A stretch of DNA of 64,000 nucleotides from Candidatus Marinacidobacterales bacterium (GTDB lineage Bacteria > Acidobacteriota > Vicinamibacteria > Marinacidobacterales > DATDRI01), in contig OZ245365.1 in assembly GCA_965226495.1 (NCBI GenBank), positions 2,624,001 through 2,688,000 on the forward strand, read 5' to 3'. A program made the position numbers and the translations under genes. This document shows positions 48,974 through 58,809 of this stretch, in pieces (position 1 is the first letter of the stretch; every line of letters begins with the position of its first letter). The notes beneath the pieces are model-generated. The model worked only from the letters and a program-made list of their open reading frames with translations. It was not told the DNA's origin and did not search any database.

Positions 48974-50104
48974 TCAAGCGAGAACCCCGAGCTGCTGGGT
49001 CTCGGGATTCGGCACGCTGGAGTCTCGGCTCGCGAGCGCTTCCTCTTCGGCTTTTTCGATCTCCGCGCTCACATCCGCCTCCGCGTCCTCGAGCGCTTGG
49101 CGATTCGATTTGTCCGACGACAGGTTGAACCCTGCGTCCGTAAGGTATGCCTCGTACATGCCGATCGGGTCGCGTCTTCCCCACTCCTCGAAGAGCTCGG
49201 GAGGGAGGATGGCCCGGCTCTCTCCTTCATCGTGCGTAGCATGACCGCCCATGCGGAACGTGTGCATCGTGACCATCACTGGTCCTCGCCCCCCCCGACA
49301 CATGTCGGCAGCCAGACGCACCGTCGCGTAGACATCGAGCACGTGGTTTCCATCGCACGTCATCCCGGTCACGTCATAAATGGAGGCTAGCTCGCTCATC
49401 GGTCGGCGGGAGTGCGATGCCAGGCGCGTCCCGAGCGCGATCTGATTATCCTGCACCGCAACGATCACCGGAAGCCGAAGAGCCCGCGCGCACATAACCC
49501 CTTCGTGAAAGGCGGTGGTGCGTGTCGATCCGTCTCCCGCCCAAGTCAACGCGAGGCGCGACTCCTTCCGTTGTTTGAAGGCCAACGCCGCGCCCGCGCA
49601 GACCGGCACCAATGCGCCGACCATGCTAATTGGAGTCAGGACGCCTCGGTCCATGTCGCCGAAGTGAATATCCCGCCCTTTGGTTGGTGAGTCGCCCGTG
49701 GCCAGATAGGCCCGGAACATTTCAGCCACACTCATTCCCATCTCGTGACAGGCACCGGCGTTTCGGATCATAGGACCCAACACGTCGCCGGGCTTCAGTG
49801 CGTGGACGGCACCTACCGTCGCCGCCTCTTCGCCAGTTCCGAGCCAGGCTTTCGAGGTAACACCCTGTCGGACCCACCTCTTGAGCGCGATATCGTGGAG
49901 ACGATTCCGGACGAGCCCTTTGTAGAGTTGCAGGTGTCGCTCGGGAGTCAGCTCGGTAACGATCTCCCGCCGTTCGAGATCGACCTCGATCGTTTCCCGA
50001 AATCGATCCATCACCTCGAGATCGGGCGTCCAGTCGACGTACTCGGGCGGGTCGAATGCAGGAAATCTTTTCAATGTGCTATACCCAAGGTCAGAGAATA
50101 GCAC
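48974..50104 (-). CDS. TPP-dependent 2-oxoacid dehydrogenase E1 alpha subunit
   Basis: GEEA, GDG...DN TPP-binding motif, R..GHATHD, RDPI. Confidence 0.88.
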   Translation of the reverse strand: MLFSDLGYSTLKRFPAFDPPEYVDWTPDLEVMDRFRETIEVDLERREIVTELTPERHLQLYKGLVRNRLHDIALKRWVRQGVTSKAWLGTGEEAATVGAVHALKPGDVLGPMIRNAGACHEMGMSVAEMFRAYLATGDSPTKGRDIHFGDMDRGVLTPISMVGALVPVCAGAALAFKQRKESRLALTWAGDGSTRTTAFHEGVMCARALRLPVIVAVQDNQIALGTRLASHSRRPMSELASIYDVTGMTCDGNHVLDVYATVRLAADMCRGGRGPVMVTMHTFRMGGHATHDEGESRAILPPELFEEWGRRDPIGMYEAYLTDAGFNLSSDKSNRQALEDAEADVSAEIEKAEEEALASRDSSVPNPETQQLGVLA

Positions 50105-50169
50105 GACACGCCGTCTGCCGGCGGCTCGTCATCACGGGGAGGCGGCGTCCATATGTGCTTCGCCACAGA

Positions 50170-50400
50170 ACAGGAGGCAAAGCCCTGGCAGGGCTGATTC
50201 CGATCGGTGATTCTCCAGTACGGCCCAACTGGCTTCCCTATGTCCGCGTGGCCGACCCCACCGCGCTAGCCCGACGCGCTTCCGAGCTCGGGGGCAAGAT
50301 CCTACTCGAGCCCAGGTCGGACGTGAGAGAAGGTTCGCTCGCGATCGTTGCTGATCCGAACGGCGGGGCTTTGGCGCTTCAAAAGTGGCCCATTAGTTGA
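50170..50400 (+). pseudogene. C-terminal fragment of a VOC/glyoxalase protein
   Basis: WLPYVRVAD...ELGGKILLEP...AIVADPNG, with no N-terminal half or start codon. Confidence 0.7.
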
Positions 50401-50410
50401 GGAGACGAAG

Positions 50411-50584
50411 ATGACGCGTCGAATGATTCAGTTTATGTTGCTGCTGCTCTTGCTAACGGGCGTTGCCTTCACGACCACCGGCTGCACGACTTCCGTGGGT
50501 GTTGGCGTGAGTTACGGGTATCCGGGGTCTTGGTATGGTCCCTGGCGCGGACCGGCTTACATGGGCGGCCCGTTCTACTATTGA
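50411..50584 (+). CDS. 57-aa Gly/Tyr/Trp-rich small lipoprotein
   Basis: GAGGAG RBS, hydrophobic core and TGC lipobox. Confidence 0.65.
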   Translation: MTRRMIQFMLLLLLLTGVAFTTTGCTTSVGVGVSYGYPGSWYGPWRGPAYMGGPFYY

Positions 50585-50589
50585 ACCTT

Positions 50590-51400
50590 TTGGAGTATCT
50601 CCCTCGCCCCGGGAGATGCTCCTCCTGTATACGCGCCAGCAACTCTAGCCAACGAGGGTTCGTTGCCACGGCGCGTTTGATGTCGGCGAGCGCCTCGGCC
50701 TCTTTGCCGGCCTGCATCAACATCGCACCTCGCCAGAAAATCAATTCGTCGTTTTCCGGCACAATCTCGAGCGCCGCGTCGTAAAACTCGGCGATCGGCG
50801 TCTCATGATCTTCGACTCGCAGATCCACCACGCGATTTTTCCACGGCTCGTCCTCGGAGACGGAGCGAACGACGAGTAGCGCCGCCGATTGTCGGCCACG
50901 AACGTCGCCTCCCGCCTCTTCTCCGGCTCGAAGAGCCGCTAGGATGCGATCGCCGAGGTCGCCGCTCGTTTGTTCGAACGCACTCCCCATGTTTTCCCAA
51001 ACCTCGGAAAACGCTAGCAGATTCCCCTGCGCGGAGTAGTTTTTTCGGTGCGGTCGCCGGCGAACGGAATGCACATCTTCCCGGTGTGGGCGGCCACTCT
51101 TCCTCGAGCATCGATGAATGCGACCTGACGAACATCTTTCGCATCGTCCGTGGAAAGGAGCTCCTCCAAGGCGGCGGACGCCGACTTTCCAGCTTTCATG
51201 AGCGCGAGCCCCCGGGGACCGTATGCGGGCTCGATGAACGATTGCGTAGCCACTGCCCCGACTCCGGCCTCCGCCCACGAAACGCTGCTACCGACCGAAA
51301 ACCAATGCGATTGAACGCCAATGCCGAGCTCCCCGGTAGCGGGATCTCGGGCCACGATGGAGAACGTGGCGGTGGGTCTTCGGGGCGCGAGCTCTTCGGC
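50590..51400 (-). pseudogene. DUF1028 (Ntn hydrolase-like) protein remnant
   Basis: TFSIVARD, GAVATQS, GGD.RGRQSAALLV, DLRVEDH. Frameshift near 51040 and probable deletion near 50786. Confidence 0.75.
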
Positions 51401-52232
51401 AAACTGGATCTCGTTTTCTTCCATGATGCCGCGAACGGTCTTGGGATCACCGCCGTGAACGAAACTCACGATGGACGAGGCGTTTTGGGGAGGAGTGAGC
51501 ACCCGGAAGCCGCGTTCGACTAGTCCGCTCCGGAGTTGCTGAGCCAGGGCGATCGTATGTTTTCCGATCCGCTCGAGCCCCACTTGAGCCAGGTAGTCGA
51601 GCGCCGGTCCCAGTTGGTACACCGCGTCGAATGCGAGCGTGGCATACTCGAACACCCTAGCTCCCTGATGAAGCCGATACCGGTAGTTCCCGAGCTCCTC
51701 TTCGACCTGGAGCGCTCCCACCCTATCCGGCCGGACCCGGTCCAAAAGCTCTCGGCGACGAAAAACGGTGCCACCCCGTAGCCCGCCAGCAACCACTTGT
51801 AGGTACCGGTGGCAAGAAAGTCGATACCGGTCTCACCGAGATTCATCGGGAACATGCCGACCGCCTGAACCGCATCCGTATAGTCGTGGCATAGAGGAAG
51901 CCAATCTCCTCACTCGAGACGCCTACTAGCCGAGCGAACTTGTCTCTCACTTCGTTGGTACGAGCCAGCATGTGTCCTAGAGAGATCGGTTTTCGAGCCT
52001 TGGATTTCAAAAAGCGAGCGCCCGCCTCGACGACAGACGCTGGTGGGGGAGTTATATAGGCACTGTCGAGATAAACTCCCTCGGCGGTGACGGGAAAATC
52101 CTCGCGCACACCTAAGGGATCCGCCTGACTGGAATGTCTGGGGGCAGCTTCCGTCCTCAGCCCCGTAAGCCCCGCGGTTGCGGACGCGGCCCCGAGGAAC
52201 CGCCTGCGGTCGACCTTCCTTGGAGAGCTCAA
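51401..52232 (-). pseudogene. Tat-exported class V aminotransferase remnant
   Basis: DRRRFL, YLDSA, then a jump to DAVQAVG and GTYKWLL. The C-terminus is fused to DUF1028. Confidence 0.78.
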
Positions 52233-52738
52233 AGCGGTCTTGACATGTGGAGCGCTCGCTGACCGGCGGGATAGATCCCTTCGTCGCTCGAAAAGCGGAA
52301 ACCATGGCGAGAGAATAGCCTTTGCCCTCGGGCATTGCCGTCCGCCACGGAGAGGTGGATTTCTCGGATTGGGTACTTCGAATCCAGAAACGGCGCCTCC
52401 CCTATTGCTTTCTCGAGAAGCGCGGTTCCAACGCCTTTCGTCTGAAACTCTGGAACGACGGCGATCGCGAGAAGGTCTACCAATGCCTCGTTACCCTTCA
52501 TGCGGTTGGGATAAGCCATCAGCATCGCCAAACCCACGGGCTGCCCGTCCATCTCGCCGACCAGGGTCACGACGCCTTGGGTCTCAAACCATTCCACTAG
52601 GTAGCGGTCATAGCTGCCGTAGATAGAGAAAACGCTGTGGGCGAGCCGGCGAACGAACGCGCGGTCTTCCCCTCTCCCAACGCGCACCGACAACTTGCCG
52701 CCCGCTCGTGCCGGCGGCCTAGGGGTTATCTCTCTCAT
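52229..52738 (-). CDS. GNAT N-acetyltransferase
   Basis: IAVVPEFQTKGVG..LL and N..GQRLF.RHGF. Confidence 0.88.
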   Translation of the reverse strand: MREITPRPPARAGGKLSVRVGRGEDRAFVRRLAHSVFSIYGSYDRYLVEWFETQGVVTLVGEMDGQPVGLAMLMAYPNRMKGNEALVDLLAIAVVPEFQTKGVGTALLEKAIGEAPFLDSKYPIREIHLSVADGNARGQRLFSRHGFRFSSDEGIYPAGQRALHMSRPL

Positions 52739-52874
52739 TGAGTCACACTCGAGGAAGCGATACTACTACGTACCTGGCGAGGTCCTCAATCAGGAGGCTC
52801 TCATCCAATCCTCACAATCCGCTCATTTCTTCTGCCACCTTCGAGGTTAACTTAGACCCTATCAAATCGACGCG

Positions 52875-53336
52875 TTGGTGGACGCCGGTGCCGCCATCGA
52901 TCGTAACGACCAGGGTCGGAATCGATGGACGCCGATGATGCACGCCATTCATATGGACCAGGAGAAGGCGGTGATGAGGCTTCTCACGCGCGGAGCCGAC
53001 CCGAACGCGGCATCCCCCGGTGGCATCACCCCGCTGATCATGGCCGCCGGCTACGGACAAAGCGAGCTCGTCGAGGCGTTACTCCACCATGGAGCCGACC
53101 CCTACGCGGACGCGGGCGACGGGGTCACCGCACTTTGGGCAGCCGCGAGTGGTGGCGCCATCCAAGACTTCACCGACGGCCCGCCGCTCGGGACGTGTTT
53201 TCCGGAGACGATCCGCATCCTGCGCGAAAACGCACCGGATTTGCGCTTGACCACGGGCTCGGCGGCTAAATGGGTGGTTTGGTTTAGCTACTTCCGGGGA
53301 TGCGAAAAAACCGTGCGGGAACTGCAGTCTGAATAA
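52875..53336 (+). CDS. Ankyrin repeat protein, possibly 5'-truncated
   Basis: WTPMMHA, LL.RGADPN, GITPLIMAA, LLHHGADP. Confidence 0.72.
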   Translation: MVDAGAAIDRNDQGRNRWTPMMHAIHMDQEKAVMRLLTRGADPNAASPGGITPLIMAAGYGQSELVEALLHHGADPYADAGDGVTALWAAASGGAIQDFTDGPPLGTCFPETIRILRENAPDLRLTTGSAAKWVVWFSYFRGCEKTVRELQSE

Positions 53337-53343
53337 GAAAGGG

Positions 53344-53811
53344 CTAGAAGGGGCCGGGGATGTCGGAGTCGTCCACCACATGAACCGACTGAACGCTAGA
53401 CGTGACGATGCGCCGTCCGTCGCGCATCACTTCGATCCGCATTCCCAACCCGACCCAAGAAACCTTGAGAAGGTTCCCCCCATAGCTCGAACCGCAAAGA
53501 TAAGACTCTGTTGGCTCGGCGAAAAAACGGCCGCCTTGGATGAGCACTTTCGACTCCCCGGGACTCAGCAATATGATCTGATAGACCGTGTTCTCGGTCC
53601 TAACGTGGAGGCGGGTCAAAGTTGGAAGCTCGACCACGTCCACTCCGCCCTGCCGTGTCGCCTCCTCCGCGAACCCGTCGAGGGTGCACCGGCGAGGGAC
53701 GAGCAGCTCTTCAGAATCGAGCCCGAGGGCCGTATCCTGCCTGGAGGCAGCAAGATCCGCCTTGGTGGTCAGCTGGCCCAGACCCTTTTGATCTTCCATC
53801 CTTGAGCCCAT
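53344..53811 (-). CDS. Hypothetical protein
   Basis: Protein-like composition (VRTENTVY, GGRFF, G.R.E, IVTS.V) and it fills the gap between neighbouring genes. Confidence 0.65.
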   Translation of the reverse strand: MGSRMEDQKGLGQLTTKADLAASRQDTALGLDSEELLVPRRCTLDGFAEEATRQGGVDVVELPTLTRLHVRTENTVYQIILLSPGESKVLIQGGRFFAEPTESYLCGSSYGGNLLKVSWVGLGMRIEVMRDGRRIVTSSVQSVHVVDDSDIPGPF

Positions 53812-53871
53812 ATTACCCGAAAACCGACCCGGAAGCCACGATATCGAGCCCCCGGGACGACCGGATCACGA

Positions 53872-55329
53872 TCAATAACGCAGAAGGACCTTAGCAATCT
53901 CGTCTTCGACTTGATCGGCTCGCCACTGTCTCCGGATGCCGTTTAGCATCACGGAAAAGGCGACCGGGCCTTCTGTCGGGGAGAACGCGTACCCAGAAAG
54001 CGAGCTGATCCCCGCTAGGCTTCCCGTTTTGGCCATCACTCTGCCCATATACTCTTCAGTACGATATCGACGAGCGAGGGTTCCATCGACTCCACCCAGG
54101 GCGAGTACACAAAGGAACCTGGTACGGACCTCCGGCGTGTCGTAGAGCTCGCGTAGAATGCGAACCATAATGGAGGCGTTCAAGTTGTTCTCGTAGGACA
54201 GTCCAGACCCATCGTCGATTCGAAAATCACGTGAGGATTGGCCCAATCCCATCAAGTACTCGGAGAGGGCTCGAGATCCTGACTCGAAACTACCAGGCGG
54301 CCCCCAGCGATAGGCGCCGAGCGCCTTGAGTATCTGCTCCGCCGCGAAGTTGTTGCTGTTCTTTCCGAGCAGCTCGATGACCTGAATCAAAGGAGGCGAG
54401 CGGTGCACATAAAGGGACCGTAGCTCTGGATCGTTGGCCAAGCCTTTCTCGATCCGCCCATCGAATGAGACGCCATGTTCACGCAACTTGCCGACGAAGG
54501 CCGACGCCAGATACCGAGATGGGTTGGGCGCAACGAAACCGCCGCTTCGCTCTTCGTCACCGGCGATCACTCGTCCGCTCACGATGACGCGATCGCGCCC
54601 TCCCGACTTTCGAACCTGCAGCCAAGGCCGGCCCCGACCTGCGGTGGTGACGCGATTCAGAACCTCGAAGTAACCGTATCCACCATCGAACAAAGTAGCT
54701 CGTGTCCCCGCATTGACCGCCGGAGTCGCCGTCACTTCGACGATGTTGAAGTTGTAGGAAAGAGCGCTTTGGATCGGCAATCCCTTTTTGAGGATGTTGT
54801 CATAGGAGGCCGGCCCTCGAAGTTGGTCGTCGAAGAAACTGTCGTCCAGGATCAGATTGCCATCGATCGCCCTGATCCCCGCCCGCGCCAAAGCCAAAGT
54901 GATCTCATCCAAATCATCGTCGACTAAAGACGGGTCACCCGAACCCTGAAGATAGACATTTCCTCTAACCGCCCCGTCAACGATCGGACCGTCGATCAGC
55001 AAGCGCGTTTCGAATCGATGGCTGGAACCGAGGTAGTGGAGCGCGGCGGCCATGGTGACAAGCTTCATTCCCGAAGCGGGGATGAATTTCTTCGTTGGAT
55101 TGTGCGCGTAAAGCGTCTCGCCCGTCTGCAGGCTTACGACCTGAACACCGATGGCGCGGTTCAATTGAAACCGGCGGCGCACTTGATCGAGACTCTTCGC
55201 CAGATCGCCTCGACTATCCGCCCTGACGGTTGCGACCGGCCGTAACGGGTGCGCCGGTCCCCATTCGATGAGACTGGGGGCAGCAAGCGCGAGGATTACG
55301 AAAAGGAAGGAACCCCTCAGAAAACGCAC
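53872..55329 (-). CDS. dacB: D-Ala-D-Ala carboxypeptidase/endopeptidase PBP4
   Basis: PASGMK (SxxK), SNN, KTG and GSGDP. Confidence 0.92.
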   Translation of the reverse strand: MRFLRGSFLFVILALAAPSLIEWGPAHPLRPVATVRADSRGDLAKSLDQVRRRFQLNRAIGVQVVSLQTGETLYAHNPTKKFIPASGMKLVTMAAALHYLGSSHRFETRLLIDGPIVDGAVRGNVYLQGSGDPSLVDDDLDEITLALARAGIRAIDGNLILDDSFFDDQLRGPASYDNILKKGLPIQSALSYNFNIVEVTATPAVNAGTRATLFDGGYGYFEVLNRVTTAGRGRPWLQVRKSGGRDRVIVSGRVIAGDEERSGGFVAPNPSRYLASAFVGKLREHGVSFDGRIEKGLANDPELRSLYVHRSPPLIQVIELLGKNSNNFAAEQILKALGAYRWGPPGSFESGSRALSEYLMGLGQSSRDFRIDDGSGLSYENNLNASIMVRILRELYDTPEVRTRFLCVLALGGVDGTLARRYRTEEYMGRVMAKTGSLAGISSLSGYAFSPTEGPVAFSVMLNGIRRQWRADQVEDEIAKVLLRY

Positions 55330-55476
55330 ATACCCTCTCTCCTAAAGACTTCTCCTGTATCTATTTGTACCATATATACCATGGGTTGGCGACCCGCTCG
55401 TTGCATCGTAGGGCATTGGCTGCCTAGCAGCCTCGTTAGACCTTGTCATTAGGGGTTTTGTGGTAATCTCAAGTTC

Positions 55477-56850
55477 GTGACACAGGATAAGTGGCTGGAG
55501 AGCGAAAGCACCGGTCTGCTCACCGATCTCTATCAGATCACGATGGCTGCCGCCTATTTCGAGCACGGCATGAGCGAGCCCGCGACCTTCAGTCTCTTCA
55601 TGCGCAATCTGCCACAGAATCGATCCTTCTTCTTAGCGGCGGGGCTCGAGGAGGCGCTCGACTACCTCGAAAATCTTCGATTCGGCCCCGAGGCCATCGA
55701 CTACCTTCGCGGGACCGGCAACTTCAAAGAAGCATTTTTGGAACACCTCGCGGACTTCCGCTTCGATGGAAACGTCGTCGCGGTCCGGGAGGGAACGGTG
55801 CTCTTTCCCAACGAACCGATCCTCGAAGTCACGGCTCCGATCCTTCAAGCCCAGCTTGCGGAAACGTACCTTATGAACGCGCTGCAACTCGGCACATTGA
55901 TCGCGAGCAAAGCGGCTCGCATCCGTATCGCCGGTCAGGATCGGAGCGTTGTCGATTTTGCTTCCCGTCGTGCGCATGGGCGGGACGCCGCGCTCAAAGT
56001 GGCGCGTTCGTCCTATATCGGAGGCTGCCACGGCACGAGCAATGTACTCGCCGGCATGAAGTACGGAATACCCATCGAGGGCACCGTTGCTCATAGCTTC
56101 GTGCAATCGTTCGAACACGAACTGGACGCCTACCGTGCCTTCGCACAGGTGTTTCCTTCCAACACCGTTCTTTTGATCGACACCTACGACACGCTGGAGG
56201 GCGCGCGCCACGCCGTTACCGTCGGACGCGAGATGGCCGAACGTGGTGCCCAACTGCGCGGTGTCCGTCTCGATAGTGGCGACATGATTCGACTCGCCAA
56301 AGAAGTGAGACGGATCCTCGACGAGGGAGGCCTCACGGAAACCAAAATCTTCGCCAGCGGCGCACTCAACGAATACCGCATCGAGGAGGCTCTCGCCGCC
56401 GGCGCCCCCATCGACGGCTTCGGCGTCGGAAGTCATTTAGGCGTGTCTTACGACGCGCCCGCGTTGGACATCGTTTACAAGCTCGTCGAGTATGCCGACC
56501 GTCCTGTGGTCAAGCTTTCTCAAGACAAGCAAACCCTCGCCGGCCGGAAACAATTTTTCCGACGTTATGCCGACTCGGGCGAGATGCTGGAAGACCTCAT
56601 TGCGCTTCGAGACGAAGAGCTCGAAGGAGCGGAGCCTCTCCTCTTTCCAGTCATGGCGAGAGGAAAAAGGCTGAGCGCCCCGACGCCTTTGAACGAGATT
56701 CGTGAATACGCGGCCGAAAACCTTGCGAGACTTCCCGCGCGCCTCAAAACCCTTCGCGAGACAGCACCTTATCCGGTCCGGCAGAGCGAGGCGATTCGAG
56801 CGCTACAGAGCAAGCTCGTGGAAGAACATGGCGGAATGGTCAGCCGCTAA
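55477..56850 (+). CDS. pncB: Nicotinate phosphoribosyltransferase
   Basis: LLTDLYQITM, DF.SRR.HG, GT.AHS, LIDTYD, VRLDSGD. Confidence 0.95.
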   Translation: MTQDKWLESESTGLLTDLYQITMAAAYFEHGMSEPATFSLFMRNLPQNRSFFLAAGLEEALDYLENLRFGPEAIDYLRGTGNFKEAFLEHLADFRFDGNVVAVREGTVLFPNEPILEVTAPILQAQLAETYLMNALQLGTLIASKAARIRIAGQDRSVVDFASRRAHGRDAALKVARSSYIGGCHGTSNVLAGMKYGIPIEGTVAHSFVQSFEHELDAYRAFAQVFPSNTVLLIDTYDTLEGARHAVTVGREMAERGAQLRGVRLDSGDMIRLAKEVRRILDEGGLTETKIFASGALNEYRIEEALAAGAPIDGFGVGSHLGVSYDAPALDIVYKLVEYADRPVVKLSQDKQTLAGRKQFFRRYADSGEMLEDLIALRDEELEGAEPLLFPVMARGKRLSAPTPLNEIREYAAENLARLPARLKTLRETAPYPVRQSEAIRALQSKLVEEHGGMVSR

Positions 56851-56856
56851 CGAAGC

Positions 56857-56894
56857 TGGCTTCCTTCCTTTATTCCCTCTCCCTTTGGGAGAGG
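56857..56894. repeat. 38-bp repeat with CCCTCTCCC-TTT-GGGAGAGG hairpin, left copy
   Basis: Exact reverse complement of 57427-57464. Confidence 0.88.
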
Positions 56895-56990
56895 TGGCGT
56901 CAAAATCTGCCGTGCCAGTATCGAGCATTCTAGACGCAGGGTGAGGGACAAGACCGATAGGCTGGGAGCTTTCATTTTGGGAGGTCGTTA

Positions 56991-57413
56991 ATGTTCAAAC
57001 GTGCCCTGGAACTCGCCGTCTGGCCCGCTCTGATCGCACTGCTGGTGACGTTCGCGCGTTTTTTCGGTGAGCGGGCTGGCCTCCCGAACGCCGTGACGTT
57101 CGTGCTCGGCATCATCTGGCTGACGTTGATCGTTGCGATCCATTGGGGCGTCAAGCTGGCCGACGACGAGCGGCCCTACCGCCTCCTTTTTTTGAGCCTC
57201 GCGGTCTTCGCCCTGCTTTCCAGGATCCCGGTATTCGCGCTCTGGTGGGTAACCAACACCTGGGGCCTGGGCACGCACTACGATTTCACGGACAGCTTGG
57301 GTCAGGCGGTTCTGGCCCAACTCTTCGGAACTCTCACCCAGATCATTCTCGGCACGATTCTCGGCTGGGCAACGCTCGCGCTGAGAAGACGCAAAACACC
57401 GGAGCCGGCCTAG
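56991..57413 (+). CDS. Four-helix membrane protein of unknown function
   Basis: GGAGG RBS and four hydrophobic segments. Confidence 0.78.
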   Translation: MFKRALELAVWPALIALLVTFARFFGERAGLPNAVTFVLGIIWLTLIVAIHWGVKLADDERPYRLLFLSLAVFALLSRIPVFALWWVTNTWGLGTHYDFTDSLGQAVLAQLFGTLTQIILGTILGWATLALRRRKTPEPA

Positions 57414-57426
57414 CCAGCTTCGCAAC

Positions 57427-57464
57427 CCTCTCCCAAAGGGAGAGGGAATAAAGGAAGGAAGCCA
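57427..57464. repeat. 38-bp repeat, right (inverted) copy
   Basis: CCTCTCCCAAAGGGAGAGGGAATAAAGGAAGGAAGCCA. Confidence 0.88.
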
Positions 57465-57466
57465 AC

Positions 57467-58141
57467 CTACTCACCACTACCGAGCTTGCAAACTGCATCT
57501 ACGAAGGCCGACTCCGGTTGCGCACCGAGAAGCTCGACTTCATCATTGATCACGATCTTAGGAACTCCGGTCACGCCGTAGCGCCGTGCCATATCCGGAA
57601 ACTCGCTGATCTCCACGACATCCGCCACGATTTGTTCGCTCTCAACCGCCATCTGATGGGCCACACGGGCCACGCCGGGACAGTGCGGTCACGTCGGGGT
57701 AACGAAGACTTGGACATGCACGTCCTCCGACAGCGATTCCAGCGACTTCCTACTCTCGTCGCTCAACGATGTAGCCCCCTTCGAAACATCGACGATGTCG
57801 GCTACGAACGCGGGAAACTCGGATCCTCCAGGAATCCCGAAATAGCGAACCTTGCCGCGCGCCTCCCCTTCCAGCACGATGGCCGGAATCCGATCGATTC
57901 CCGCCGACCTGGCCGCCTCCTGATCGGTATAAACATCGTGAACCGTGAGCTCGAGTTTGTCAGAGAGCGAGGTGACTTCCTCGACCAGCTCACCGGTTTC
58001 CTTGCAGGTCGGACACTCGCGTCCCGGAATCATGATCAAGCCACCCCCCTGAGTGAAGAAGTTGATCTTCACATCGCCCACGAGATCCTGCTCGAAGATC
58101 TCACCTAGCTCCTTCCGATTAGCGTCCGACAGCAAAGCCAT
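57467..58141 (-). CDS. Selenocysteine-containing protein disulfide oxidoreductase (PDO/AhpF-NTD-like), 224 aa
   Basis: N-terminal CPTC. An in-frame TGA at 57689-57691 gives FVTPT-U-PHC, and the frame continues to YGVTGVPK. Confidence 0.88.
57650..57688 (-). promoter_or_regulatory. Candidate bacterial SECIS element
   Basis: Small hairpin GGCC-CGTGT-GGCC begins about 18 nt after the UGA. Confidence 0.5.
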
Positions 58142-58144
58142 TTC

Positions 58145-58753
58145 TCACCCCATCTCCTTATCTACCGAGTCCAACGTGGCGGTTCCGGCACCGGCTGCTT
58201 TCATATTACGTAGCTCCCGTTCCGAATCTCCCGCTTCTAGATCGACTCCCCGGACCGCATCTTCGAGCAGTGTCACCTTGAATCCTTGAGCGATGGCATC
58301 ATGCACCGAGGACTGCACACAGTAATCAGTCGCCAGTCCGCCTACCATGAGATGCTCGATACCAAGCTGCTTGAGCGAGTCGGTGAAAGAAACGCCGCCA
58401 TCGTCCTCCGCCTGAAATGCGGAGTAGGCGTCTTCTTCGGCGCGCTTCCCCTTCGAGACCACGATGGTGCCCGCGGGGAGTTTCAAATCAGGATGAAACT
58501 CTGCGCCTCTAGTCCCCGCAACACAATGGGGTGGCCAGACCCCACCGAACTCCTTGAAGTGGCTCGTCCGTTCGGGGTGCCAGTCGCGCGTCGCAAATAT
58601 CGGCAGGTTCGCGCCAACGAACCGTCGGGCGTACTCGTTGAGGATGGGGACGACCTCATCCCCCCCGGGTACCGCTAGAGAGCCTCCCGCACAGAAGTCG
58701 TTTTGTACGTCGACGATAACGAGTGCGCCGCGACTTCGATTGGTGTTGGTCAT
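58145..58753 (-). CDS. pncA: Nicotinamidase/pyrazinamidase
   Basis: VDVQNDF..GGSL, TRDWHP, WPPHCV, KG, GLATDYCV. Confidence 0.95.
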   Translation of the reverse strand: MTNTNRSRGALVIVDVQNDFCAGGSLAVPGGDEVVPILNEYARRFVGANLPIFATRDWHPERTSHFKEFGGVWPPHCVAGTRGAEFHPDLKLPAGTIVVSKGKRAEEDAYSAFQAEDDGGVSFTDSLKQLGIEHLMVGGLATDYCVQSSVHDAIAQGFKVTLLEDAVRGVDLEAGDSERELRNMKAAGAGTATLDSVDKEMG

Positions 58754-58809
58754 GGCAAAGGCTCGAGGCGTTTACCTCTAGGCGGCGCCGGCGTTTCCTG
58801 CGATATGAA

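Noticed and set aside
55360-55385. NrtR/NadR operator upstream of pncB
   Set aside because: Only a short TACCAT direct repeat is present, with no convincing palindrome.
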